Virus record (IMG/VR): IMGVR_UViG_3300044638_007100
Origin: a virus
Strand: one strand, 5' to 3'
Length of the DNA: 64,000 nucleotides
The notes beneath the pieces are model-generated. The model saw only the letters and a list, made by a program, of their open reading frames with translations. It searched no databases and was not told where the DNA came from. The position numbers were made by a program, and so were the translations under genes. Positions 34,131-44,334 of this stretch are shown here, one piece after another (the first letter of the stretch is position 1; each line of letters starts with the position of its first letter).

Positions 34131-34819
34131 CCAAAAGTACTATCTGGTTCCAAAGCAATCCAGTAAGAAAGATTATACTTTGTATTCTTGAACTGTGACA
34201 GTAGTTTTTCTGACACAACCACATCATAAGATCCGGGAATGATCTTGATGTTCTCAACCTTGAAGTTGAAGGTAAATTCCTTGTTCGTTTCACCAACAAC
34301 GATGGAGTATTCGTTAGAAGTATCGTTTTTCTTGTCCCGAACCACCAGACGGATCACTCCTGCCTCACCGACCGCAGAAAGATCGGGAAGTTGATAAACA
34401 CCTGCTGCCTTGACCAGTTTCTCCAGAGTTACACTATCAACTTGGAAACAAACGTCCTTTGAAGGAAGTTGGATCTCCTTTTCGGGAGGAGAAATGATCA
34501 CATTAGGATCGGCATAGAAATACTTCACCCTACGCTTACCTTCACGAATAGTGATATAAGATTCTTCAGTAAAATCAAGATCGGGATCCTGATGAAGACT
34601 AATACCATTTAGAAACTGGTTCAGATCATAAATGGCAAAATCACGGGGGAACTCTTCGGTGATCTCTGCCTCTGCCAGAATGTTTTTGGCAACAGAAATA
34701 GTACGAAGACGATTACCCTTTTTCACAAGAATTGAATTATTAATACCAGCAAAGTTCTTGAGAAGAGCGCAGGTATTGTCAGAGAGTTTCATAGTTTTGT
34801 CTTGGATTTTCATAATCAA
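34127..34819 (-). CDS. gp45: Sliding clamp
   Basis: MKLS...LKNFAGIN...FAIYDLNQFL...WIALEPDS; start may be slightly downstream. Confidence 0.95.
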   Translation of the reverse strand: MIMKIQDKTMKLSDNTCALLKNFAGINNSILVKKGNRLRTISVAKNILAEAEITEEFPRDFAIYDLNQFLNGISLHQDPDLDFTEESYITIREGKRRVKYFYADPNVIISPPEKEIQLPSKDVCFQVDSVTLEKLVKAAGVYQLPDLSAVGEAGVIRLVVRDKKNDTSNEYSIVVGETNKEFTFNFKVENIKIIPGSYDVVVSEKLLSQFKNTKYNLSYWIALEPDSTFG

Positions 34820-35127
34820 TATTGGTATTGGTCAGATTTGTTTTCATGAAGACCAGCAAAATTATAAAGAAGAATGCAGTAATGAATTGCCTTCAAAATA
34901 TCCATCTTAGATTTGCCATTTTTCTTACCAAAGCGAGAAAGATACTTGATTGCATTTGAACGAGTAAATGCTTCGGCATCACCAATACTTTCAATCAAAT
35001 CAAGAGTTTGAGTTTTGGATTGCTCAGAAGTATAATGTGAATGGTAGGTACTGGCAAGATACTCTTCAATTTCTTTCAGAGTCTTATCTTCGTTGTATTT
35101 CCAAAAATGATCTTTGTTATCTGCCAT
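34816..35127 (-). CDS. DUF3310-like protein
   Basis: TYHSHY...SNAIKYLSRFGKKNG...DILKAIHY. Confidence 0.75.
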   Translation of the reverse strand: MADNKDHFWKYNEDKTLKEIEEYLASTYHSHYTSEQSKTQTLDLIESIGDAEAFTRSNAIKYLSRFGKKNGKSKMDILKAIHYCILLYNFAGLHENKSDQYQY

Positions 35128-35170
35128 AGTAAAAATAAAATAAGGGGGAAGTCATAATTAACCTCCCCCA

Positions 35171-35199
35171 ATTATATCAGAATTGAGGTTGCTCGTCAA
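35171..35199 (-). promoter_or_regulatory. sigma70 promoter inside the cobS-like 3' end
   Basis: TTGACG-17-TATAAT. Confidence 0.7.
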
Positions 35200-36298
35200 C
35201 CTTGAGTTCACTTTGAACAGGCATCACGAAGTCAGCATCAACCTTATCGTACAGTTCCAAGAAGGCAGTCTTGGTCTCATCGTCAAAACGATTGATGCAA
35301 ACCTTAATTGCCTTTGCTTTATCAGTGAAGATGCTATAGGCACGGATGATATGAACCAGGCGGCGAGTGCTGATGATTTCCTCAATACCACCATCATAGA
35401 AGGTCTTACGGATCACGTCCGCCCAATCAACTAACCGCTTACAGAAATCACGATCCTCAAGACCAAGATCCAGAGAAATACCCTCAAGGATCTTCTGTTC
35501 GGTGGCAACGGCAGGATAATCCTGTTCCAGAGTTACAGGGAAACGCTCTAGGAACGCTTCGTTGAGAACGTTAGTGCCGATAAATCGCCCATCATCAGAA
35601 CCCTTACCCTTAGTGTTTGCGGTGGCAAATACGTTAAATCCTGCAGCAGGTTTCACGAAACGTCCGATCTTCTTCAGGAAGATACCTTTTCCTTCAAGAA
35701 CAGATTGAAGGCACAGAATCTTGTTAGAAGCAAGGTCAATCTCATCCAGAAGCAGAATTGCTCCTCGCTGCAGTGCCTCAATCACGGGTCCATTGTGCCA
35801 AACAGTTTCACCATTGACCAGGCGGAAACCACCAATCAGGTCATCCTCGTCAGTTTCAATTGTAACGTTAACACGAATCAGTTCACGCTTCAGTTGAGCA
35901 CACGCTTGCTCCACACTGAACGTTTTACCATTACCCGAAAGACCCGTAATGAACGTAGGATAGAAAAGACGGGACTGAATAATTTTTTTAATATCGTTAA
36001 AGTTACCAAACTTGACGAAGGTATCATCTTTATCAGGAATCAGGTTTTGTTCGACAGCAGGAAGAGCAGCAGGAGATTGGAAAGTGCGTTCAATCTCTTC
36101 AACACGCTCTTGAGTCACTTCAAGGTTCCAGCGACCACGATCTGTCTTGAAGGATTCAAGGCGACGAGTAACAGTCTGATAATTGAGACTGCGAGAGGCA
36201 CAGAATCCGCGAATGTCACCAGCGGAAATTTCAGTACCAAAGGAAGATCGGAGATCAGAAATCAGTTGTTCGTCAGTCACGGAAATTTTGCGAGGCAT
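35177..36298 (-). CDS. cobS: CobS/MoxR-like AAA+ ATPase
   Basis: GLSGNGKT, LLLDEID, ATANTKG and AFLERF motifs. Confidence 0.88.
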   Translation of the reverse strand: MPRKISVTDEQLISDLRSSFGTEISAGDIRGFCASRSLNYQTVTRRLESFKTDRGRWNLEVTQERVEEIERTFQSPAALPAVEQNLIPDKDDTFVKFGNFNDIKKIIQSRLFYPTFITGLSGNGKTFSVEQACAQLKRELIRVNVTIETDEDDLIGGFRLVNGETVWHNGPVIEALQRGAILLLDEIDLASNKILCLQSVLEGKGIFLKKIGRFVKPAAGFNVFATANTKGKGSDDGRFIGTNVLNEAFLERFPVTLEQDYPAVATEQKILEGISLDLGLEDRDFCKRLVDWADVIRKTFYDGGIEEIISTRRLVHIIRAYSIFTDKAKAIKVCINRFDDETKTAFLELYDKVDADFVMPVQSELKVDEQPQF

Positions 36299-36332
36299 AA
36301 TGTAGTTAGGTGTGTTTCATTTGAACTCTCAT

Positions 36333-36390
36333 ATTATACACATAAAAAAGGGGCAGGTAAGTGCCCCATGTGACGGTTTGGAAAGTGGCA
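36333..36390 (-). promoter_or_regulatory. Palindrome + -10 early-type promoter (copy D)
   Basis: TGCCACTT-TCCA-AACCGTCA, 32 nt (contains a terminator hairpin), TATAAT. Confidence 0.6.
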
Positions 36391-36404
36391 TCACCTTCTC
36401 AGAT

Positions 36405-38348
36405 TCAATTAATATTTGGTCTGGTTTTTATTTTTCTCAAATCTTGACCATGCATGGTATTTCTTGGATCACCACCAGCATCGACAGTAGATTTAATCGC
36501 TCTCATTTTTTTAGATTTTAACTTAGAGCTTTGTCCAACATAAGAATTTGGTCTTTTGAGATAATCACGCTCATGTTTAGCAGCCTTCTTATTTACTTTA
36601 TCACTCGGAAATTCTTTTTTTTCCTCACCAAAGATTTCTTCGACAATACTATGTCTCCACTCTTCACTCATATTTGTCATAATTACTAATGCATTCTGAT
36701 TGGTATCAGCATAACCTTCGGCAACTAGGTACTCAAGAATATAATCAAAATTATCTACAAATTCTTCTGCCATTTTAGTAGTATAAGTTCCTGCTTTTCC
36801 AGTTGAAGGATTTGTCCATTTAAAAGTACCTTTCGACCCTTTTAATCTTCTTTCTGTTGCAAAAGCAGCATCAAAACTCTTTCTTACATCTTCACCAGTA
36901 AATTTTGTCTTTGGTTTTTCGATATTTGATACACCTGATGGGGATGTTGCTTTTTGTTGTTTCTTTTGCTGCCTTTCAGAATCAGCAGCGGCTGCTCCAG
37001 CTGCAGCAACTCCAATTGCTGGACCAAGTAAGGATTTTTTAGATGGTTTTGCTCCACCAGTTCCAGGTCCAGATCCAGTTGCATATTTTTCTAAACCTGG
37101 ATATCTCATATTTCCAGTTTTTTCTGTTGGTGATAAAGTTGCACGAACAGTATGAGTTAATCCACCTCCTCTTGGTGGTTTACCTCCACCAGTAGGTGGT
37201 TCTGGAGTTTTTTGGGATGGTTTGGTTGCTGGTTTAGTTGAAGGTGCTACAACGCTTCTCTGTGCTTGTCCAGGAGTAGTTTTAGATTTGGATGAAGAAT
37301 CTGATCCCCATGCTGGTTTTGGTGCTGCAGTAGATTTTGGTAGTTTTCTAGTTCCTACAATACCACCACCAATCATTTTATTTAATCTTTGAATTTCCTG
37401 CCCTTGAGGTGATAATCCAGTTTTTAGAGTAGTAGTTGTTGCTAATTTTCCTCCTGTTGTTGCTGAAGGTGTTGGTTTTGGAAGTGCTTCAGGTTTAAAT
37501 TTTGGTTTTGGACCTCTAGTTGTTGCTAATTTTCCTCCTGTTGTTGCTGAAGGTGTTGGTTTTGGAAGTGCTTCAGGTTTAAATTTTGGTTTTGGACCTC
37601 TAGAAGTTTGACCAGCAGCAGGAAGTGCTTTTGGAGCAGATTTAGGTACAGATGCCGCAACAGTTCTGACAATAGGAGTGGTCATTTGCTTTAAGGCATT
37701 AGTAACAGGTTTAAGTCCTGCCATATGACCCATACCTAATGCTAAGCTTGTTGCTAAAGTATCAGTAATTCCTCGTTTTGCAACATAACTAGGAGTCATT
37801 CTTCCAGATTTTGCTGCTGGTTTTGATGCTGAAGTAGGAGTTGCTGCTTTTTTTTGAGCAAGCATTTCACCATACCTATTTGCCTTTTCTGGTTCTGGTG
37901 GTTTTCTTGCTGCTCTTGCTGCTTGTGTTCTAGCAATATCATCAGTCTTAGCAGCACCACTTAATGCTTTTCCTTTAGAACTTAATCCAGTTGGTCTAAG
38001 TCCTTTCTTGACCATTGTTTTGGTAGAAAGTCCTCTTGCAGCGGGCGTAGTTTTTTTAAAAAGACCACCAGCAAATTTTAATCCTTTCGATATGGCACCT
38101 GCACTAACTTCAGTAATATAAGATTCATCTAATAATTCTTCTTGAAGACAATACTCAAATACATCATCTACAAAAGTTTCTACAAGATCATTATAAATGA
38201 TTAAGTTTGCAAAATATTCAGTTTCTTCAATACTTTCAAAAATATTTGCATCTAAACAAAATTCTACAATATCATCAAATATATTTTCTTGCGTATAATA
38301 TATTGATTCGTATACATCCCTAATATCTTTTATATTATATGAATCCAT
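36405..38348 (-). CDS. Low-complexity paralog of the putative internal head proteins, 647 aa
   Basis: FDYILEYLVAEGYADTNQNAL module; K/P/T/A-rich; TATAAATA at 38370-38377. Confidence 0.8.
   Translation of the reverse strand: MDSYNIKDIRDVYESIYYTQENIFDDIVEFCLDANIFESIEETEYFANLIIYNDLVETFVDDVFEYCLQEELLDESYITEVSAGAISKGLKFAGGLFKKTTPAARGLSTKTMVKKGLRPTGLSSKGKALSGAAKTDDIARTQAARAARKPPEPEKANRYGEMLAQKKAATPTSASKPAAKSGRMTPSYVAKRGITDTLATSLALGMGHMAGLKPVTNALKQMTTPIVRTVAASVPKSAPKALPAAGQTSRGPKPKFKPEALPKPTPSATTGGKLATTRGPKPKFKPEALPKPTPSATTGGKLATTTTLKTGLSPQGQEIQRLNKMIGGGIVGTRKLPKSTAAPKPAWGSDSSSKSKTTPGQAQRSVVAPSTKPATKPSQKTPEPPTGGGKPPRGGGLTHTVRATLSPTEKTGNMRYPGLEKYATGSGPGTGGAKPSKKSLLGPAIGVAAAGAAAADSERQQKKQQKATSPSGVSNIEKPKTKFTGEDVRKSFDAAFATERRLKGSKGTFKWTNPSTGKAGTYTTKMAEEFVDNFDYILEYLVAEGYADTNQNALVIMTNMSEEWRHSIVEEIFGEEKKEFPSDKVNKKAAKHERDYLKRPNSYVGQSSKLKSKKMRAIKSTVDAGGDPRNTMHGQDLRKIKTRPNIN
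36655..36749. repeat. 95-bp dispersed repeat (second copy 40821-40915)
   Basis: 7 mismatches in 95 bp. Confidence 0.85.
37433..37603. repeat. Exact 84-bp tandem duplication (28 aa)
   Basis: RGPKPKFKPEALPKPTPSATTGGKLATT x2. Confidence 0.9.
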
Positions 38349-38417
38349 ATGAGTTGTTAATTTTTTAAATATTTATAAAAAAGGGGGTGAGAATTGAATC
38401 CTCCCCCCATAATGCTA

Positions 38418-40568
38418 TTAAGCAACCAACTCAATAAACTCACCCAGAACTTTTTTGTTCATTTTCTTGGTTTTCAGACTCTTCACAAAGGCACTTTTAA
38501 TTTGTGACTTGGAAGCATCTTCAGACACAGAGAACTCAGTATCTTGAGAAAGGGCACTTCCAGAAAGACCAAAGTAAATGTGATACCCAGCATTTTTGAG
38601 AGAAAATGCCTTTTCTTTCTTCCAACTATTCATCGCCTTGTCGTATTGATCACCATAATACCCACAGTAACGACGGATAAAGGAACCATGATCCCGACTC
38701 TCAAGAACACGAATACCGATGAAGTTAATATCGGTAAATTTATCCCGAAGATTGCGAAGAAGAATATTGGTAATATCCCACCAGTTACCACCAAGATTAT
38801 AGGTGTTTCCAGTTTTACGATCCCGAAGAATCGTGGTGGAATCTAAACTACATGTTCCAAGATAGGGTTCGTTTTCCCACCTACGATTGAATTCCTTGTG
38901 ATAATTAATGGCCTGTCCTTCACCATCAGTAAGAACAACACACTGAACCTTCTGAAGTTTATTCTCCTTCTGAAATTTGGGAAGAATTTCATGAAGGGAA
39001 ATCATCGCCTCATTCAGAGGAGTTCCAGAAAGAGTGAGACCAGGTGGAATGGGATAGGAATAACCCCCAAGAGACTTAGCAACACGAAAGATGTTCTTCA
39101 TTTGCTCCTCAAGAGTTTTACCATTTACTTTACTGGTAAAGAGATTCATCATAGAGAACCATTCACCAATTTGAAGAAGACCATTACGCTTCTGATAGGC
39201 AGTTTGGCGAGTCTTACTAACCTTACCGTCTTCATAGGAAACAACAGGATAGTCATTAGTGAAGGCATAAACCTCAAAAGGAATAGCAACCTTCTTACAG
39301 AACCACATCAGGTTATAAAGTTGCTTGATAGTATCAAGCATAACGTCTTGCATAGATCCAGACCAATCCAGAATAAACACAAGACCGTGATTCTTACCGT
39401 TGGCAAGAGTAGTCACTTTCTTGAACAGATCCTCATTATACTTGTAGGTATGAAGTTTAGAACAGTCCAGAATACCAGTTCGGGCAGTTGTGGCACGGGC
39501 ATAAGAATCTGCTGCCTTACGACATTCAAACTCTTTTACCAGATAGTTGACTTCCTTTTGAGCATTACGCTTGAACTCAAGAAACTGCTTATCAAAATGA
39601 TCAAAAGACACATAAGAAGAATTCTCTTCCCAAGTCTTCTTACATTTATCGTGAATTTCCTTGTTAGAAACGATAATCTGCTTCAGATCAAGTTTAGGAA
39701 TCTCCACATAGGTGTTCTCCTGAACATTATGAGAAACAAGATTCTTAAGAGATTCCTCAAGAGAATTCATCGTTTTCACTTCAGGATCATTCGTTTCTCC
39801 ACCTTCGGAAGAAGTCTTATCGGGTTTTTCAGTTTTTTCAGAAGAAGTTTTCTTCTCACTTTGCTCACCCTGATCTGAATCAGGGCGATTATTACCATCA
39901 GTTTCTTCAGCATCATTCTCACCCTCTTCCAGATTCTCAAAATCAGAGGCACCAGAATTAGAAGAAGACCCGCTGGTTTGATTTTCAGGAGAATTCATAT
40001 CATCAACAGATTCTTCCTGTTTGTCTTGCTTACAGAAATTATACAAAACTTCTGCGGCATCAAGAACCTGTTCAAAGGTTTCGGTGACACCAATCATATC
40101 AACAATTTCTTGCTCATTAGCATTAAAATCAATCTTCAGGAAGTTGCCAACCTTGAAGTAAAGATTTACCTTGTCGGCAAGATTATAGTTGGTGACATTA
40201 TCATCACCAATCAAGAAGAAATCTTGATCCTGAAGTTCCTTATAACCACTGTAGAAGGTCTTGGCAAGACCAGGATAACGACGCTTCATCAGTTTCTCAA
40301 CACGCACATCCTCCACCACATTCACAAACTGCGGAGGAATCTTGCGGTCTTTGATCCAGTCCTCATCGGGAGTTTCAAGAGCATGTCCAACTTCATGCCC
40401 CACCAGAAGGTCATAGACGGTACTACTTGCCTTTTCCCACATAGGAAGCGTGAGCACACGGGTGTGAACATTAAAGCAGGCAGTCTCTACCTTCTTGTGC
40501 TCAACCACAAGGTCTTCGGTAGCAAGCAGGCGGGCAAGGTGGGACTTGATTTCGTGATTGACGGTCAT
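38418..40568 (-). CDS. HExxH peptidase + vWA (CobT-like) protein
   Basis: VGHEVGH; LDWSGSM MIDAS; GTPL; LTDGE. Confidence 0.85.
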   Translation of the reverse strand: MTVNHEIKSHLARLLATEDLVVEHKKVETACFNVHTRVLTLPMWEKASSTVYDLLVGHEVGHALETPDEDWIKDRKIPPQFVNVVEDVRVEKLMKRRYPGLAKTFYSGYKELQDQDFFLIGDDNVTNYNLADKVNLYFKVGNFLKIDFNANEQEIVDMIGVTETFEQVLDAAEVLYNFCKQDKQEESVDDMNSPENQTSGSSSNSGASDFENLEEGENDAEETDGNNRPDSDQGEQSEKKTSSEKTEKPDKTSSEGGETNDPEVKTMNSLEESLKNLVSHNVQENTYVEIPKLDLKQIIVSNKEIHDKCKKTWEENSSYVSFDHFDKQFLEFKRNAQKEVNYLVKEFECRKAADSYARATTARTGILDCSKLHTYKYNEDLFKKVTTLANGKNHGLVFILDWSGSMQDVMLDTIKQLYNLMWFCKKVAIPFEVYAFTNDYPVVSYEDGKVSKTRQTAYQKRNGLLQIGEWFSMMNLFTSKVNGKTLEEQMKNIFRVAKSLGGYSYPIPPGLTLSGTPLNEAMISLHEILPKFQKENKLQKVQCVVLTDGEGQAINYHKEFNRRWENEPYLGTCSLDSTTILRDRKTGNTYNLGGNWWDITNILLRNLRDKFTDINFIGIRVLESRDHGSFIRRYCGYYGDQYDKAMNSWKKEKAFSLKNAGYHIYFGLSGSALSQDTEFSVSEDASKSQIKSAFVKSLKTKKMNKKVLGEFIELVA

Positions 40569-40591
40569 AGTGATTTGCTTTGAATGGGCAC

Positions 40592-40648
40592 ATCATACAA
40601 AAAAAGAGGGTGGTGAGACCCTCTAGTGTGCCAGTTTTGGAAGTGGTT
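40592..40648 (-). promoter_or_regulatory. Palindrome + -10 early-type promoter (copy E)
   Basis: AACCACTT-CCAA-AACTGGCA, 31 nt (contains a terminator hairpin), TATGAT. Confidence 0.6.
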
Positions 40649-41155
40649 TCAGTTATTAGAATAATACTTATCTGGATTTTCCTGTTTAGATAATGGTTTT
40701 TCTTTATTATACTTCCCTACAACATTTCTAATAGTTTGCCTATCTCCAAGTTCCTTTGCCCTTTTTGACCTTTCTTCTTTACTTCTTCTTGGTGGCCTAG
40801 ATTCCTCAACAATACTCTCTCTCCACTCTTCACTCATATTTGTCATAATTGCCAATGCATTCTGATTAGTATCAGCATAACCTTCAGCAACCAGATACTC
40901 AAGAATGTAATCAAATAAATCATTTTCTTCCTTTACTGGACGATAATCTCCACTTGATTTTGTTGGGGTTTTTCTACCTTTACCGACAGGAGCAATTACT
41001 TTACCGATTGCTTTGATTACCGGATTCTTAGCAGCCGCATCAAGTGCTTTACCTACATTCTGCTGAAGATCTTCGGAAAGAATTTCCTGATCTTCGGATT
41101 GAGTGTAGACAGAAGCATAAGCTTCCATCAATCCTAACATTTCTTGATCTCTCAT
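40649..41155 (-). CDS. Short paralog of the putative internal head proteins
   Basis: LMEAYASVY N-terminus; FDYILEYLVAEGYAD module; TATAAATA at 41177-41184. Confidence 0.8.
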   Translation of the reverse strand: MRDQEMLGLMEAYASVYTQSEDQEILSEDLQQNVGKALDAAAKNPVIKAIGKVIAPVGKGRKTPTKSSGDYRPVKEENDLFDYILEYLVAEGYADTNQNALAIMTNMSEEWRESIVEESRPPRRSKEERSKRAKELGDRQTIRNVVGKYNKEKPLSKQENPDKYYSNN

Positions 41156-41179
41156 TTTACACAAAGACTTTTTAAATAT

Positions 41180-41317
41180 TTATAAAAAAGAAGCGTCTCT
41201 AGAGTTGAGACGCTTCTTGAGTGCTTGGCGACGTGCCTTTGCTTGTCGGAGTGCTTGCGGTTTTAGTTTACGCTTCTGAGGTTTCCCAGAGTTGTGTTGC
41301 CAGTTGGGGAGTTTCAT
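41180..41317 (-). CDS. Small basic protein, 45 aa
   Basis: MKLPNWQHNSGKPQKRKLKPQALRQAKARRQALKKRL; ATGA overlap with gp46; not in the ORF track. Confidence 0.7.
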   Translation of the reverse strand: MKLPNWQHNSGKPQKRKLKPQALRQAKARRQALKKRLNSRDASFL

Positions 41318-43044
41318 TTGTCCTCTGTTTCTTTGGATATCATACGAGAAAAACCCTTTACCTTTTCAAACTGAAGGACACTTTCAAATTTGTCATGCAG
41401 ATCTGCCTTATGAGAAATCACAAATATATTAGCATCCTTTATGACATAACGAATAATCTTAAGAAACTCATCGGTTCCAAATCCATCAAGTGAAGAATCA
41501 AATACCTCATCCATAATCAGCAAGTTCGTATTCGCAGAATTCTTAACTCTTGCCACTTCTCTCCAAGTAAAAAGTAGTGCCAAATCAATTCTCATTTTTT
41601 CACCCTCACTGAAGGAACTATAAGAAAAGTCTTCATGAATGGGAGATTTTACAGTTTCATTAAACTCTTCATCAAGATGGAAATTAATATAAAAATCCAT
41701 CATCTGAAGATAACGATTGACCTGCTGATTAATGAATGGAAGATACTTCTTGATGATCTTCGTCTTTACACCATCATCCTTGAGTAAGGAATAGGCAAAA
41801 TCGTAATAAACGATTTCTTCTTTTTTCTCTGAAAGGTCTTCAAATGTTTTTTGGAGATTGTCTTTAAATTCTTCTAACTTCTCATGTTCAGTATTTCGGT
41901 TTTCAAGTTGATTGGCAATTGTTTGAATTTCAGTTTCAAGATCTCGGATTTGTCGCTGGTTAAGTGATATCCGAGTATTGTTTTGAGAAATCTCATGATT
42001 GAGTTTCGTAATCTCCTTAGATAGAACTAGAAATTGACGCTCTCTTTCTTGTTCTAATTTTATAGTCTCCTCAAGTTCATTAAAACCTTTCTGGAGTTCT
42101 TTTGCTTTATTTTGAGCGTCTTCAATTCTATTTAAACGAAATTCATCTTCAATCGTTTGAGTACAGGTGGGGCATACCGTATTTTCAGAGAAAAACTTAT
42201 GGTCTTTGGTAATCACAGATACCTTTTGAGATAATTTGCCCTTAAGATTATTTAATTTTACTAACTTATCACCAGCACCAATTACTTCTTCTTGTTCCTT
42301 TGTGAAAGAAAACACTTCTTCTTCCGTTCTAGAATTTTCCTTTATATAAAGTTCAATTTCAGTATCTAAATCGAAAATTTTCCGTTTATTGTTACTTATA
42401 TTAGTATTGCCACGATTCTCAAGTTCTTCAATAAAGTTCTGCTGCATCTTCATCTTTTCCTTAAGAGTCTCTTTCTTAAGATCAAGAGATTTAATTTGAT
42501 CCTTCTTTTCACGAATTTTATCTTTAATGAGAGAATTCATTGCAGAGAAAATACGAATATCCAGAAGATCTTCAATTACTTCCCGACGATGTGCGGTAGT
42601 TAGTTGCATGAAAGGTACAAAATTACTTGAACCCAGGATTACAATTTGGACGAAACTACGATAATTTACCTTTAAGATATTTTCTTCTAAAATTTTTTGA
42701 TTTGCTCTATCGTCTGCTTCTTTGTGAAGTTGAACACCATTTACTTCAATATCAAATATGTTTGGTTTAATACCCCTACGAACAAGATACTTTCTACTGT
42801 TGATGGAAAACTCAATTTCCACAACACAATCTTTTTCATTTACAGTATTAACTAATTGAGGTTTATTGATCTTACGAAATGGTTTATTAAAAAGAACAAA
42901 CGTAAGTGCATCTAGAACAGTAGATTTACCTGCACCATTTGTTCCAATAATTAAATTTGTATGATGTTTTTCAAAATTAACTTCTGTCCAGTTATTACCA
43001 GTGGAAAGAAAATTTTTCCATTTAATCTTGTGAAATACTAACAT
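41314..43044 (-). CDS. gp46: Rad50/SbcC-like recombination ATPase
   Basis: GTNGAGKS, CPTC hook, SEGEKMRID and DEVFDS motifs. Confidence 0.95.
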   Translation of the reverse strand: MLVFHKIKWKNFLSTGNNWTEVNFEKHHTNLIIGTNGAGKSTVLDALTFVLFNKPFRKINKPQLVNTVNEKDCVVEIEFSINSRKYLVRRGIKPNIFDIEVNGVQLHKEADDRANQKILEENILKVNYRSFVQIVILGSSNFVPFMQLTTAHRREVIEDLLDIRIFSAMNSLIKDKIREKKDQIKSLDLKKETLKEKMKMQQNFIEELENRGNTNISNNKRKIFDLDTEIELYIKENSRTEEEVFSFTKEQEEVIGAGDKLVKLNNLKGKLSQKVSVITKDHKFFSENTVCPTCTQTIEDEFRLNRIEDAQNKAKELQKGFNELEETIKLEQERERQFLVLSKEITKLNHEISQNNTRISLNQRQIRDLETEIQTIANQLENRNTEHEKLEEFKDNLQKTFEDLSEKKEEIVYYDFAYSLLKDDGVKTKIIKKYLPFINQQVNRYLQMMDFYINFHLDEEFNETVKSPIHEDFSYSSFSEGEKMRIDLALLFTWREVARVKNSANTNLLIMDEVFDSSLDGFGTDEFLKIIRYVIKDANIFVISHKADLHDKFESVLQFEKVKGFSRMISKETEDK

Positions 43045-43297
43045 TTTTAGGGGGAATTACAATATCGTCAGGTGTAATCACGGCATAAAGGTAATTATAC
43101 ATCTTACAAGTCTTTATGGCAAGTTCATCATCAACTTCAACCACATCCATTTCAGTTTCTTCTTGATCTTCTAGCATTAAAGCATAACGAGTTGCATCAT
43201 CTTCTTCTTCAAAGAGAAATAAAACCTTATGACCATATTGATCTTGAACTGCATATGCTCCGTCGTCTTTTCTGTCCTTAAGTGTAAGAAGAAACAT
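43022..43297 (-). CDS. Conserved hypothetical protein between gp47 and gp46
   Basis: GAYAV...LFEEEDDATRY...DDIVIPP. Confidence 0.75.
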   Translation of the reverse strand: MFLLTLKDRKDDGAYAVQDQYGHKVLFLFEEEDDATRYALMLEDQEETEMDVVEVDDELAIKTCKMYNYLYAVITPDDIVIPPKNVSISQD

Positions 43298-44334
43298 TAT
43301 TCTATTTCGCAAGCTTGTTGATATAAATCTTGAAAAATTTCTTTGATGGTGTTCTTATCAAACTTAAATTCTGCTTCATCAATATAACGATTTAAAATAG
43401 TAAGAGTATTCTCATCTTCACCAATTTCAAAATCTTCATTTTCTTGTACTTCAAAGTTCTCAATAATTTTTAATTCTTGAACACCTGATGTATAGAGTTT
43501 ATCAATAAATTTTTCAAAATCCTTTGGTTTTGATTTTTTACGAACAATTACCTTCACGATTTTATTTTTATACTCAGTTGGATCAAATAATTGATATGGA
43601 GTGTCCTCGTAATAAATGTTGTAAAATAATTTATAAGGATTGTTAACTGGAGTATGTATAAGGGTTTCCGTATCAAAGATATGAAATCCACGAGTATCAT
43701 TTACATCCGTCCAATACATTTCGTAAGGATTACCAAGATAGAAGATATATCCATTATCAGAACGAGTGTGGTAATGACCAGAAAATACCTTCTTGAACTT
43801 TGCAAAAATATTCGAGTCCAGTCCATGTTCCTCCATAATCAGATTGCGATTTACGCGAAAACCCTGTAGTTCAAGGTGCCCCATCGCAACCTTTGCATTA
43901 GTCTTATTAATTTGATTCAAAGTTTCATCATAGTTTTCACTACAAATCCAAGGAACCATTAGGATATTCAGACCACCAACATTAATAGTTTGTGGAGAAC
44001 TATAAGTTTTAACATTCGGATAGGTTTGAAGAAGCAAACTTGGAGAATTAACGCTATTGGTATTCTTGTAGTAACAATCATGATTACCAATAATCATATG
44101 AACATCATATCCCCGAAGAGGTTCAAATACAACTCTCTTTGCCCATTCAAGACTTTGATAATCAATTGACTTACGACTATCAAAGGCATCACCCATATGA
44201 ATGACTGCTTCTACCCCGTGTTCTTCAAGGGCAGGGAAAAATACATTCTTATAGAAAAGTTCAAAATGATCGTGCAAGTGTTTAGAACCTTTGCGGGCAC
44301 CATAATGAGTATCTGTTAAAATTGCAACTTTCAT
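43297..44334 (-). CDS. gp47: Mre11/SbcD-like nuclease
   Basis: TDTHYG, GDAFD, GNHD and SGHYH motifs. Confidence 0.95.
   Translation of the reverse strand: MKVAILTDTHYGARKGSKHLHDHFELFYKNVFFPALEEHGVEAVIHMGDAFDSRKSIDYQSLEWAKRVVFEPLRGYDVHMIIGNHDCYYKNTNSVNSPSLLLQTYPNVKTYSSPQTINVGGLNILMVPWICSENYDETLNQINKTNAKVAMGHLELQGFRVNRNLIMEEHGLDSNIFAKFKKVFSGHYHTRSDNGYIFYLGNPYEMYWTDVNDTRGFHIFDTETLIHTPVNNPYKLFYNIYYEDTPYQLFDPTEYKNKIVKVIVRKKSKPKDFEKFIDKLYTSGVQELKIIENFEVQENEDFEIGEDENTLTILNRYIDEAEFKFDKNTIKEIFQDLYQQACEIE

Noticed and set aside
38898-39878. Long plus-strand ORFs (38898-39878, 39978-40583, 27035-27733, 35705-36373, 15404-15931)
   Set aside because: Antisense shadows of well-supported minus-strand genes, with no motifs or RBS
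36655-40915. Diversity-generating retroelement TR/VR pair
   Set aside because: Mismatches are mostly synonymous and not adenine-specific; no reverse transcriptase in the window
41221-41493. 90-aa plus-strand ORF
   Set aside because: It overlaps gp46 and the better-supported 45-aa minus-strand gene
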